Origin: an uncultured Pseudomonadales bacterium
GTDB lineage: Bacteria > Pseudomonadota > Gammaproteobacteria > Pseudomonadales > Porticoccaceae
NCBI GenBank assembly: GCA_943846685.1
Contig: OX044363.1
Location: forward strand, 1,765,386 to 1,829,385
DNA length: 64,000 nucleotides
Reading direction: 5' to 3'
In this document: in pieces, positions 32,143-41,839 of the stretch
How the letters are laid out: every line of letters begins with the position of its first letter
Numbering within the stretch: position 1 is the first letter of the stretch
The notes under the pieces: model-generated
The model's database searches: none
Seen by the model: the letters and a program-made list of their open reading frames with translations, nothing else
What the model was told of the DNA's origin: nothing
Made by a program: the position numbers and the translations under genes

Positions 32143-34035
32143 TCACATATTCAAAGTTCTCATGAGGTTTTTTTCGCCCTGAGATCTGATTGCGTTTTCA
32201 ACGGGCTTTTTGGTTAACAACCCGGCATCTCGACAGTGGTAGCGCAGTAACCTATGCGAAGTTACTCGCGATGCCCTTCCCGGCGGTCTTGTAGGCTCTT
32301 TAATAAAATACATATTAAATGCGTCAAGTCGCTCGGAGGCTTCATGCCGGCTGTTCCAATCTCGGCAAACCCATGCGCCATAGTGCGTACGATGCTTTGC
32401 ATTACGCTTTAGCCAGAGAAAGTTTTTATACTTGCGCCAGCGATAGCTTTTAAACTGCTCACTGCTTTCAGGACGCACTGCCGAGGGCAATTCAAGCTTA
32501 TCGGCGGTCACATTAACCAGCTTGCCGTTTCTCAGAACGCCGGGGGTTATAAACCAGCCATCGTTCTTTTGCGGATAAGGGGCAAACATACTCCAGTACT
32601 GCTCGAGGCGAAGTCCGCGATAAAGCGGATCAAAAAATTTCGGCGCGGGAATTCGATAGCCTTTGGTAACACCGGTGTCTATTCCATGGACTGGATTCCA
32701 GACCTTAATTGAGGAGAGGTTCTGCCACAACAGAAGTGCGGTCAAAACAGCGACAAACACTGAGCCGGTTAGGCCGACACGGGGGTAAGTTTTACGCCAA
32801 GGCATCCAGCGGGCAGTCAGGGTTCCGAAGCCATAGCGGTGATCGCCGATCCAGTTATAGGCGCGATCTCCTGCAGCACCGGCTTTTTGCATTTGCTTCG
32901 CGAGCCAGGCAAATCGTGGATTAGACTGTATAACAAATACCAGTGCTTCCCAGCGCAAACGCTGAACTCCCTGCTCGTCTACCACGACCCAGCTATTCTC
33001 ACGCTCGAGAATTGGGCCTATATGTTTATCATCCTGAGCCGCTGCAATGGTTGCATTCAATCCCAGCAGGTAGCGAAGCAGATAACAGGTTTTCTCGCAG
33101 AAGGTACATTCCTTATCAAAATACATCTGTATTAAAGGCTTATTCTTCTTTTCCGACTTTCCTGAGCGCCACAGAAAATCCATTACTGAGGATGGCAAAA
33201 TGGCGATAAGAGATAAACTGGAGATAAACGGAAACAGACCAATACGCAGATTAAACATAAAGCCTATTTCCATAGCGATAAGAGCGACCACTACCAGTGT
33301 ACGGAAACCTGCAAACCACAGTGGACTCAAGGCCAATATTGGCCCTATCAACTCTAGCCACCAGACATATTGAGTTAGTACGCCAGTAAATCCATGCCAG
33401 TCGCGCCATAGAGAAGCCAAACCAAAAGCGACCTGATCATTGTGCAAGGCATAGTAAATACCGGTGCCATCACGCACCCATTCAACCCCGGTTTTAAGCA
33501 GCGCCGAGAAAAAATAAACCGACATAACCTGCAATACCAGAGCCACACTTACCGTACTAAAGTAGCGGTTCGATGTTCGCGGCTCACGGACCATAGAGGC
33601 ATCTATAGAGGCACGTTCACCCCAGGGAAGGAAGCAACCCCAAAAGGTTAATAGCAACAATAGGTTATCACCACCCTGCTGCAGGTAAGGGTTGCGTGTA
33701 TGTAGGGAGGCGAGAAATATAAAGCTGGCGATCGATGCCAGGCGCGTACGTATACCAAGCATCAGCATCATCGCAAAACCTGCGGCGATAACCATTAGCG
33801 ACATAGCCCATAATGGTTCAGCGTTAACCCAATATAACGACCAGTGCCAGCCAGAATTTACCGACATCGATATCTCGCGGGACATAACACCCCGGTCGGT
33901 CATAAATGCCATAAAACTGGGCGCACGCAACAAAAGATCGGTCAAAATCAATGCGCCAACACCAATACGCATTAACGCCAGTGCACGAAGATCGAGAGCG
34001 AAAGGATTGGATAATGATTTAAATAACGAACGCAT
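32143..34035 (-). CDS. HTTM-domain membrane protein with inserted DCC1-like thiol-disulfide module
   Basis: LDLRALALMRIG, SLHTRNP..QGGD.LL.L..FW..FLP, W..G (HTTM); FDKECTFC (DxxCxxC); C-terminal Q.WSMFAP. Confidence 0.8.
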   Translation of the reverse strand: MRSLFKSLSNPFALDLRALALMRIGVGALILTDLLLRAPSFMAFMTDRGVMSREISMSVNSGWHWSLYWVNAEPLWAMSLMVIAAGFAMMLMLGIRTRLASIASFIFLASLHTRNPYLQQGGDNLLLLLTFWGCFLPWGERASIDASMVREPRTSNRYFSTVSVALVLQVMSVYFFSALLKTGVEWVRDGTGIYYALHNDQVAFGLASLWRDWHGFTGVLTQYVWWLELIGPILALSPLWFAGFRTLVVVALIAMEIGFMFNLRIGLFPFISSLSLIAILPSSVMDFLWRSGKSEKKNKPLIQMYFDKECTFCEKTCYLLRYLLGLNATIAAAQDDKHIGPILERENSWVVVDEQGVQRLRWEALVFVIQSNPRFAWLAKQMQKAGAAGDRAYNWIGDHRYGFGTLTARWMPWRKTYPRVGLTGSVFVAVLTALLLWQNLSSIKVWNPVHGIDTGVTKGYRIPAPKFFDPLYRGLRLEQYWSMFAPYPQKNDGWFITPGVLRNGKLVNVTADKLELPSAVRPESSEQFKSYRWRKYKNFLWLKRNAKHRTHYGAWVCRDWNSRHEASERLDAFNMYFIKEPTRPPGRASRVTSHRLLRYHCRDAGLLTKKPVENAIRSQGEKNLMRTLNM

Positions 34036-34203
34036 GTTTTTTTGTGTACCAGAATTATAATAATTATGCGCGTATCCTACAGAAGGGCAGGTAAAAAAGG
34101 AACCAGAGATAAAACCCAAAAAGCCTATTCTATGGGGGGGGGTAAATGGCCTATTCGAGTACTCAAAAACGTTAATAAAATGCGGCTTATAAAGTTGGCA
34201 GAC

Positions 34204-34229
34204 AAAAAAACGGCCGCCTAAGCGACCGT
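34204..34229 (-). terminator. intrinsic terminator after comEA
   Basis: Minus strand ACGGTCGC-TTAG-GCGGCCGT-TTTTTT. Confidence 0.75.
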
Positions 34230-34251
34230 ATTATCTAACAGCAGCAGATTG

Positions 34252-34596
34252 TTACTCGAGAGTTATACGCTGCATATTTTTCTTGATTGTTTTACTTCCC
34301 ACGCCCTTGACCATCATCAGGGCATCAAGACTCTGGAAGGCACCGTTGGCATCTCGATAGGCGACTATGGCTTGCGCTGTCTTTATTCCTATACCTTTGA
34401 GAGAAGCTGCAAGTTCGGATGCGGATGCGCTATTGATATTAACCTGCTGCTGAGTCTGCTCAGAGACAAGCGCCCTACCCTGATCTGCTGGCGCAGAAAA
34501 AACAACAGAGGAACCGCAGAGGGCGATAAGAGAGGCACCGATCCAGAGAATTTTCTTACTTTTATTTAATCTGTTTTTTAACCTTTGTTTCAACAT
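34252..34596 (-). CDS. comEA: ComEA-family helix-hairpin-helix DNA-binding protein
   Basis: Signal peptide, VNINSASASEL..LKGIG.K.AQAIVAYR..NG.F.S.D.L..VKGVG; AAGGAG RBS. Confidence 0.92.
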   Translation of the reverse strand: MLKQRLKNRLNKSKKILWIGASLIALCGSSVVFSAPADQGRALVSEQTQQQVNINSASASELAASLKGIGIKTAQAIVAYRDANGAFQSLDALMMVKGVGSKTIKKNMQRITLE

Positions 34597-34785
34597 GGTC
34601 TAACTCCTTGTAGATTGATATGTTTTTGCGTCACAACTATCAATGATCATCCCTGTTTCATTCCCTTGAAGCTAAGCTTCACAGAGTCTTCACCACAAAA
34701 CAGCCTGCGACAGAGCAATACTGGCAAAAAGTCAGCGATAAACGGCAAGATCAGATCACAAAAACATTAATTTCGCCTCTTCTAA

Positions 34786-34814
34786 TTGACAAAAACTTCA
34801 GCGGTTACTATAGT
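34786..34814 (+). promoter_or_regulatory. near-consensus sigma70 stable-RNA promoter
   Basis: TTGACA (34786-91), 17 bp, TATAGT (34809-14), GC-rich discriminator CGCGCCCGC. Confidence 0.85.
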
Positions 34815-34973
34815 TCGCGCCCGCTGTGAGAGCTGGTGCAATAAGACCACAAAAGCTGATCACAGATATCGAGGAAACAGTCTCGGTGAAGGACAGGACG
34901 CCCGAAAGCGACCACGCGCGGGTCGACGTGAAATTAGCGCAGTTTTAGAAGTAAAAAGTCCATCTAGTTATAT

Positions 34974-35060
34974 GCCCAGGTGGTGAAATTGGTAGACACG
35001 CCAGCTTCAGGTGCTGGTCCTCGCAAGGGGGTGGAGGTTCAAGTCCTCTCCTGGGCACCA
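34974..35060 (+). tRNA. tRNA-Leu (CAG)
   Basis: 87-nt class II tRNA: GCCCAGG/CCTGGGC acceptor, CCAGC-TTCAGGT-GCTGG anticodon arm, long variable arm, GGTTCAAGTCC, CCA. Confidence 0.97.
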
Positions 35061-35434
35061 TTAAATATCTAAAGTCGATTCGGCTGAAAATTCTATCTAT
35101 CGCACATTATCCCAACCGGGACTTGAACCGGAACGAGGTTCACAAACTATGCCCACGGCAGAGTTTGGACGAGGCGCAAAGCGACGATGCCCCGAAGGGG
35201 TCAAAACAGCCCATAGGCTGTTTTTATCAACCCTCTCCTGGGCACCATAGATATCCAAAGCCTATTCGGCTGCAAAAGCAAACTATCTCTCTAAGTTCCA
35301 ACCGGGACTTGAACCGATAAGAGGTTCACAAACTATGCCCACGGCAGAGTTTGGACGAGGCGCAACGCGCCGATGCCCCGCAGGGGTCAAAACAGCCCAC
35401 AGGCTGTTTTTATCAACCCTCTCCTGGGCACCAT
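35045..35434 (+). repeat. tRNA-linked tandem repeats (two 186/187-bp units, each ending in a copy of the tRNA 3' end)
   Basis: CCTCTCCTGGGCACCAT at 35045, 35232 and 35418; the intervening units are highly similar. Confidence 0.92.
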
Positions 35435-35440
35435 ATATAG

Positions 35441-35470
35441 AAAGGCCGTCACTTTTGAGACGGCCTTTTT
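35441..35470 (+). terminator. intrinsic terminator of the tRNA-Leu unit (possibly bidirectional)
   Basis: AAAGGCCGTC-ACTTTTGA-GACGGCCTTTTT. Confidence 0.85.
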
Positions 35471-35496
35471 CGTTTCTGAGCAATAAGCGATTGAAT

Positions 35497-35802
35497 TTAC
35501 GAGGCGTATTCGCCCTCTTGCCTCACAATCAACTCAACCAATGGCTCGTTAATGTAAAAATTATTACGCCCCACCTTATGCTTGCTGACAAAGCCTTTCT
35601 CAGTCAGCGCCTCAAGGTATTTAGTCGCAGTTATACGAGTGACACCCAATTGATCAACCACAAACTGCACTTTGGTATAGGGATGAAAAAAAAGGTTATT
35701 CAGTAACTCCTGACTATACATTTTAGGCAATTCTGTACGCATGCGTTGCTTGGTGAGCATTATCAGGTCACGCATCTGATGCACAAAGTCAATCGTCTCC
35801 TT
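35497..35802 (-). pseudogene. C-terminal fragment of a Fic-family (SoFic-like) protein
   Basis: ELPKMYSQELLNNLFFHPYTK..LGVTRITATKYL..L...GF..K.KVGR.NFYIN matches the Fic C-terminal HTH. No FIC motif is present, and the frame is closed upstream by a stop inside the repeat array. Confidence 0.8.
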
Positions 35803-35938
35803 AAACTCTCATCTGACCCCAATTTACTCATCTGACCCCAATTTACTCAATTTACTAAACTCTCATCTGACCCCAATTTACTCTCAATTTACTTCTGACC
35901 CCAATTTACTCATCTGACCCCAATTTACTCAATTTACT
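35803..35938. repeat. irregular tandem array of TCTGACCCCAATTTACT
   Basis: Five exact 17-mers at 35812, 35831, 35866, 35894 and 35913, plus three extra CAATTTACT sub-units. Confidence 0.92.
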
Positions 35939-36057
35939 TCAGCCGTGGTTAAAACATCATCTATGGTAGCCGCCATGCCTTGCCACCCCAGTATCAAAAG
36001 CATTATCGAAATCACTGCGGCAAATAGTCTCGCTAAAACTCTACCCAAAGTGAACTT

Positions 36058-37959
36058 TTAGGCTGGCCCCTGTGTACAAAAACTATCCGATCGCTTTTCC
36101 TGACGGCTAAAAAACTTGGTGTTTTTATAGGGTAACTTCATAAAGCCCGACACCCCCAGACCATCAATCTGATCAAGATTGGTCAGTATCTCACTGAGAC
36201 AGCGGCGAAACTCATGCTCCCTAGATTTATCCAGCAGGGTGAAATAGTTATGAATTTTTAAATCCTTTTCCACCGCCTCAAAAATAATGCAACCGGTGTG
36301 ATGTATCTGATTCATAACGGCCAGTATCTGCATAATTGATTCTGGCAACTGTAGCCTCTCATCTGGATCACTGCCATCTTCAAAGTAGGAGTGCAGGCGG
36401 GTTTTGTTATCGTCATTATCTGAAGGGCTAATCTCTGAAGGACTTATCTCTGAAGGCAAGAGCTCGCCTATATCAAAGGAAATCTGCAAATCCGAGTCGA
36501 CCAAAAATTTTTGCTGGGCATTTTCACGCTCTATATGCAGGGTTTTTCGCGCATCAAACATACAGCTTTTAAACACCCCTTTTTTATTGATCGCACGACC
36601 CAGAGATACCACATTGTTAATTGCATTGATCAACGCTGGAGCATATTCAGCATCGTAGAGATTGAGATTGGAGTCTATATAGACACCACCATCATCCCAT
36701 CTAACCGCCAGACCGCCCGCGACGGGATAACGGCCTAGATGGGTAACCGCAATCACAAAGGCCTTTTCTGTATCACCCATACCGCTGAGATAATTTTTAT
36801 ACTCACCATAGCCCCCCAGACTTCCCACCAGTGGATGCTTGGCATAGCGGGGCTGAGCTTCAAACACGTCGGAACCAATCTCCTGACGGAGAAAACCCTT
36901 GCGCGAGCTGTACACCACTGTCTCTACCGTCACTTCACTGGAGGTAATCTGCAGTGGAATAAGTGACTCTTCCTGAGCCCTTATGGCGGGCTCTGAGCGA
37001 CTGACAATATGCTTCATATAGCGCATATTCTCGAAAAAGTAGTCCCCTGCTCTGCAGCGAGTATCGGCATCGTCATCGAGCATGCCGGCCAGGGTTCTGG
37101 CAAATTCTATCGGCAGCCCCAGAGACTCCAGAGTGATAACCTTTTTACCAAAACGACTGCCCTGCCCTGAGGCCAATGCGTAGAGAGTTCCGGCCAGACC
37201 CTGTTCATCAAAGCGCGGTGTGGAGCAGGCTCCCTGCAGCTGCTCTTCGCCGATAAAATATATATCGCCGAGTTTTGCATTGCTCTTTTGGTATTCCATA
37301 TTGATGGCGTCTATACCGAGGCTATCAATGCGATCACCGAGATGATTCTCCTGGGCAACCACCGCTGCACCCCAATCAATCAACGAGACTGTTTCAGAGT
37401 CGGGATCAAACATTATATTTGATGGCTTTATATCGCCATGAACTATAGTTGAACGGCCGGAATTATTGCGCAGACGCAACAGAATATCTGACATCTGTGC
37501 GGCAATTTTCAGTACCAGCCGTGGTTCGAGTTTGCCCACCTGACGGGCATAATCTTGCAGGTTAATCCCCGGTGCGCGGGACATCATCAATATGGATTGG
37601 CCGCGCACATGTTGAAAGGCGATATATTCAGGAATGCCCTGATGGGCAACCTGACTGAGCATAAAGCCCTCTTCTTCGAGGCGATCTTTAATATGCTGTG
37701 GCAGTGTGATACGCGAGAATTTAAAGACATATTGCTGTGTCTGCGAATCATCTTCACCGCCACTGGTACCGGCAAAAACAAAGCCGTAGGCGCCGTTGCC
37801 TATTAGCTCAATATTGCTGTATCCGAGACGCTCTAGCTGCGACTCACAGAGCTCTAACCAACTCTTTAGCTTGCGTGCATCTTTTTGACTGAGCAGATAA
37901 AACGATTGCTCTTCATTGATATAGAAATGCTGTAGGTTTTTGCTCTCATGTAAACTCAC
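36058..37959 (-). CDS. Hanks-type Ser/Thr protein kinase domain protein with long C-terminal domain
   Basis: IGNGAYGFVF Gly-loop, VFK lysine, helix-C EE, HGDIKPSN catalytic loop, DWG; GAGG RBS before GTG. Confidence 0.85.
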   Translation of the reverse strand: MSLHESKNLQHFYINEEQSFYLLSQKDARKLKSWLELCESQLERLGYSNIELIGNGAYGFVFAGTSGGEDDSQTQQYVFKFSRITLPQHIKDRLEEEGFMLSQVAHQGIPEYIAFQHVRGQSILMMSRAPGINLQDYARQVGKLEPRLVLKIAAQMSDILLRLRNNSGRSTIVHGDIKPSNIMFDPDSETVSLIDWGAAVVAQENHLGDRIDSLGIDAINMEYQKSNAKLGDIYFIGEEQLQGACSTPRFDEQGLAGTLYALASGQGSRFGKKVITLESLGLPIEFARTLAGMLDDDADTRCRAGDYFFENMRYMKHIVSRSEPAIRAQEESLIPLQITSSEVTVETVVYSSRKGFLRQEIGSDVFEAQPRYAKHPLVGSLGGYGEYKNYLSGMGDTEKAFVIAVTHLGRYPVAGGLAVRWDDGGVYIDSNLNLYDAEYAPALINAINNVVSLGRAINKKGVFKSCMFDARKTLHIERENAQQKFLVDSDLQISFDIGELLPSEISPSEISPSDNDDNKTRLHSYFEDGSDPDERLQLPESIMQILAVMNQIHHTGCIIFEAVEKDLKIHNYFTLLDKSREHEFRRCLSEILTNLDQIDGLGVSGFMKLPYKNTKFFSRQEKRSDSFCTQGPA

Positions 37960-38040
37960 GTTTTAGTACCTCACTTCTGGTAACTGACAGCTAAACTCTA
38001 ATTATCAAGAGCTAACATTAAGAGCTAAAAATTAAGAGCA

Positions 38041-39285
38041 TCAGATCATGGCAGCCAGCATGGTCGATGGAACTTCTAAATAACCCATCCATAAATTATT
38101 AAACCGGGCCATGGTGCCGCCATCGATTACCCGATGGTCACCAGACCAACTTACAGTCATGATCTTTCGCGCCACTAAATCTCCCTGCTCGTTGTAACGG
38201 GGCAGGGTCTGAATCTTGCCTAGGGCGACAATCGCCACACCGGGCTTATTGATAATCGGTGTCGCGGCCGTGCCGCCAATAGCACCTATATTGGAGATAG
38301 TGATGGTGCCCCCGGAGAGATCCTGAGGGTCAATTTTTCCACTGCGAGCCGCCGCAGTTAGACGCATCACTTCCCGTGCTATATCCAATATGCCCAACTG
38401 CTGGACATTCTTGATATTTGGCACCAACAGGCCGGTTTTTCCATCCACTGCCATACCTATGTTATGGCTGCCTACATAGGTCAGCTCGCTAAAATCATCG
38501 TTGGTGCGGCTATTGAGAATCGGAAATTCTTTTATCGCCAACGACAGCGCTTTAATAAATAACGGCATCAGGGTTATTTTTATATCATCTTTTCCATAGC
38601 TCTCTTTCAGTTTTTGGCGCAGCTCCATCAACTCAGTGACATCGACTTCATCCACATAGGTAAAGTGGGGAATGGTTGAGACCGCATCTCTCATGCGCTC
38701 AGCCATAATTTTTCGCACGCCTCTTATGAGCTCAACACGCTCCTCCATTACAGGCGATATTCCAGCCGTAGTGGATGACGGCGAAGATTGATTAGCCCCG
38801 ACCAAAAAACCAAGTATGTCTTCTTTTAATACGCGGCCCTGTCTTCCTGTCCCCACTATGGTTGCCAAATCTAATTGATGTTCGCGGGCCATTTTGCGAA
38901 CTGCGGGGGTACTTAATACCTTCTGGTTCACAGTATTGTCTGAGGTCACAGCATCTGAGGCTATAACCGATGACGGAACAGCTACCGCCTGTTCAGCAGG
39001 CGCGGCTGCCTTCTCAGGCAAGCTTTCGGTGACTGCTGCCTCTTCGCCATCCAATTCAATAGCAAACAGCGGCTCATGGACTTTAGCGGTATCGCCCTCC
39101 GCATAATGCAGCCGAGTAATACGACCGTTGTACATTGAGGGAATTTCCACAATGGCTTTGTCAGTGCTGACATCGACAACAATCTGATCTTCTTCAATTC
39201 TGTCGCCCTCTTTGATCTTCCATTCGATCACTTCACACTCGACAATACCTTCGCCAATATCCGGCAATATAAAATCTTTTTGCAT
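38041..39285 (-). CDS. bkdB: branched-chain 2-oxo-acid dehydrogenase E2 (dihydrolipoyl acyltransferase)
   Basis: LPDIGEG, lipoyl STDKA, TPAVRKMARE E3-binding domain, DHRVIDG. Confidence 0.93.
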   Translation of the reverse strand: MQKDFILPDIGEGIVECEVIEWKIKEGDRIEEDQIVVDVSTDKAIVEIPSMYNGRITRLHYAEGDTAKVHEPLFAIELDGEEAAVTESLPEKAAAPAEQAVAVPSSVIASDAVTSDNTVNQKVLSTPAVRKMAREHQLDLATIVGTGRQGRVLKEDILGFLVGANQSSPSSTTAGISPVMEERVELIRGVRKIMAERMRDAVSTIPHFTYVDEVDVTELMELRQKLKESYGKDDIKITLMPLFIKALSLAIKEFPILNSRTNDDFSELTYVGSHNIGMAVDGKTGLLVPNIKNVQQLGILDIAREVMRLTAAARSGKIDPQDLSGGTITISNIGAIGGTAATPIINKPGVAIVALGKIQTLPRYNEQGDLVARKIMTVSWSGDHRVIDGGTMARFNNLWMGYLEVPSTMLAAMI

Positions 39286-39336
39286 AACTGCTTCCTCTCT
39301 CCTCTTTCCTCGTTCCCTGGAATTCTATCGGCCGCT

Positions 39337-40329
39337 CTAAAAGGCCAGACTCGACTTAATCGCTTGGTAAATTTTTAGATAATCCGGTAGATACTGTTTT
39401 TCCTGGATCAGCGGGAATGGTGTATCTAACCCTGTAACCCTAGTGATAGGTGCTTCCAGATTTAAAAAGCAGCGCTCTTGAATAGTCGCGGCGATTTCAC
39501 CGGCAAAGCCACCGGTTCGTGGTGCCTCATGGCTGATTAGCAGACGACCGGTTTTACTCACCGAATTAGCCACACAGTCCCTGTCCCAGGGCAGTAAGGT
39601 ACAGAGATCGATCACTTCACAGGCGATACCATCAGCGGCGGCAAGTTCGGCGGCTTTATTAATCTGAATCATCTGTGCCCCCCAACCCAGCAGGGTTATA
39701 TCGGTGCCCTCACAAACCACTTCAGCAACGCCCAGCGCTAACTCATAATCCTGCTCTGGAACCTCGCCTACCGAGGCACGATAGATCGCCTTGGGTTCAA
39801 AAAAGATCACTGGATTCGGGTCGCGGATGGCGGCTAATAACAGCCCCTTAGCCTGATAGGGATTGCTTGGAATAACTACCTTGAGGCCTGGGGTATGGCA
39901 GAAATAAGCTTCCGGGGATTGGGAGTGATAGAGCCCGCCGTCGATACCGCCACCATAGGGTGCGCGAATAGTCAGGCCGCCGCAGTTAAATTCATCGCCA
40001 CTGCGATAGCGAAATTTGGCTGCTTCATTAACAATCTGATCAAAGGCGGGAAAGATATAGTCGGCAAACTGAATTTCTGCCACCGCCACTGAGCCCTGGG
40101 CCGCCAGACCAATGGCAAAGCCGGCGATACCCTGTTCGGTAAGCGGGGTATTAAAGCAGCGCGGCTTGCCGTACTTTTCCTGCAGGTTGCTGGTAGCGCG
40201 GAAGACACCGCCAAACTTGCCTATATCTTCACCCAGACAGATAACCTGTTCATTTTCCGCCATGGCTATATCCAGCCCGCTATTGACCGCCTGAAGTAAG
40301 TTCATCTTTGTTGTTGTCATCTCGTCCAT
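39337..40329 (-). CDS. bkdA2: branched-chain 2-oxo-acid dehydrogenase E1 beta
   Basis: [45 protein letters not shown]. Confidence 0.95.
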   Translation of the reverse strand: MDEMTTTKMNLLQAVNSGLDIAMAENEQVICLGEDIGKFGGVFRATSNLQEKYGKPRCFNTPLTEQGIAGFAIGLAAQGSVAVAEIQFADYIFPAFDQIVNEAAKFRYRSGDEFNCGGLTIRAPYGGGIDGGLYHSQSPEAYFCHTPGLKVVIPSNPYQAKGLLLAAIRDPNPVIFFEPKAIYRASVGEVPEQDYELALGVAEVVCEGTDITLLGWGAQMIQINKAAELAAADGIACEVIDLCTLLPWDRDCVANSVSKTGRLLISHEAPRTGGFAGEIAATIQERCFLNLEAPITRVTGLDTPFPLIQEKQYLPDYLKIYQAIKSSLAF

Positions 40330-40332
40330 CAG

Positions 40333-41535
40333 CTAGCCCTCCCCGTGCATGCGGTTGCTGTCTGGATAGTTGTTGGGATACTTGGCTATATGCTTTTCAA
40401 GACTTTCAAACTGCTCGAGAAGATGCGCCGGAGGGGTTTTATAGACATCGGTAATCAAGTCTTTGAGGGACGGCTTGGGGCGCTTCTCTGCCAGTTTGAG
40501 CTCGGCGAGAATCTCAGCGTGGTAGGTTTTATGCAGCTCTTCGTCACGACCTTCATCCCACCACTGCTGGTTGATCAGCCAGTTTTTCATGCGGCTGATA
40601 GGATCTTTCTGTCGCCATTTTTCCTCTTCCTGCGGACTGCGATAGCCACTCGGATCATCGGAGGTTGAATGAGCGCCAAGACGGTAGCTCATGGTTTCAA
40701 TCAATACTGGTTGCTGCTGTTCTACGGCTATTTTTCGCGCCTCAACGGCCGCGGCATACACCGCCAGAATATCGTTGCCATCAACGCGGATAGTTTTAAT
40801 GCCATAGGCCACGCCGCGCGGAGCAATACCATCCCCTGCATACTGTTCCGAAGAGGGCGTGGAAATGGCATAGCCATTGTTGCGCACCACAAAAACCACT
40901 GGACTCTTTAGCACTGCCGCCATATTTAGGCCGGCATGGAAGTCTCCTTCCGAAGCCGCTCCATCACCAAAATAGCACAGCGTACAGGCATCATTTCCCG
41001 CCAGCTTTTGCCCGTAGGCATAACCCGCAGCCTGAGGTATCTGGGTTGCCAGTGGCGAGCGAATAGTCATAAAGTGAAGATCCCGGCAGCCGTAATGAAC
41101 CGGCATCTGACGGCCTTTGCCCAAATCTTTACCATTGCTGAATAGCTGGTTCATAAACTGTTCGGTGGTGAAACCGCGAAAACGCAGGGCGACCTGTTCT
41201 CGATACTGGCCCATCACCATATCGTCTGGATTAAAGGCTGCGATAGTGCCTGCAACCGAGGCTTCTTCCCCGGTACAGGTGAGATAAAAACTCAAGCGCC
41301 CCTGCCGCTGTGCGCTGACCATGCGCTCGTCAAGAGTACGGGTATAAACCATATCGCTGTAGATTTTCTTCGCCAGCTGTTCACCAATCTGTGGTGTTTG
41401 CGCGCCTTTGGTTAAGCGTCCATCCGCCTTTAAAACACTCAGCGTGGGAATAGTTAATGCGGACCCATCGATAAACATTACGCTGGCTGCTTGCTTACTC
41501 TTAGCTGAATTTTTTTGTGCATTTTTAACTGCCAT
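40333..41535 (-). CDS. bkdA1: branched-chain 2-oxo-acid dehydrogenase E1 alpha
   Basis: QRQGRLSFY, GKGRQMPVHY, TPP motif GDGAASEGDF..N, YRLGAHSTSDD; ATG at 41535 with AGGGG RBS. Confidence 0.95.
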   Translation of the reverse strand: MAVKNAQKNSAKSKQAASVMFIDGSALTIPTLSVLKADGRLTKGAQTPQIGEQLAKKIYSDMVYTRTLDERMVSAQRQGRLSFYLTCTGEEASVAGTIAAFNPDDMVMGQYREQVALRFRGFTTEQFMNQLFSNGKDLGKGRQMPVHYGCRDLHFMTIRSPLATQIPQAAGYAYGQKLAGNDACTLCYFGDGAASEGDFHAGLNMAAVLKSPVVFVVRNNGYAISTPSSEQYAGDGIAPRGVAYGIKTIRVDGNDILAVYAAAVEARKIAVEQQQPVLIETMSYRLGAHSTSDDPSGYRSPQEEEKWRQKDPISRMKNWLINQQWWDEGRDEELHKTYHAEILAELKLAEKRPKPSLKDLITDVYKTPPAHLLEQFESLEKHIAKYPNNYPDSNRMHGEG

Positions 41536-41839
41536 GTGACACCCCTGCAATTCCGTTTATAACTTATATTTCAGGGCATAAAATTAGCATGATGATTGCT
41601 AGGGAATCCTGCCAAAGTGCTTAAGCCGCACAGACTGTTAAGATAGGTTGTAGCGCAAAGATTGGATTTAATAACGAAATATTGCGCAATCTTTCCTATA
41701 CTCAAATAAATCACTAATTACTCTGTTAGCTATGGCAGATCACTGTATTTGCTCGCATTTGCCCGTATCAGATTTTCCAATGCCGTCGTTGAGACTGGCC
41801 AACCGCAAAATTAATCACTATAAAAAGTATAGAAGCCCT

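Noticed and set aside
35803-35938. CRISPR array
   Set aside because: Repeats are 17 bp and the intervening sequences (2-18 bp) are themselves repeat sub-units, not unique spacers; no cas genes are in the window.
36415-36460. short coding microrepeats (PSEIS x2 in the kinase; also EKEPEKEL at ~51645 and GDQS x2 at ~55130)
   Set aside because: Only 2-3 in-frame copies of 12-15 bp in linker regions; ordinary slippage.
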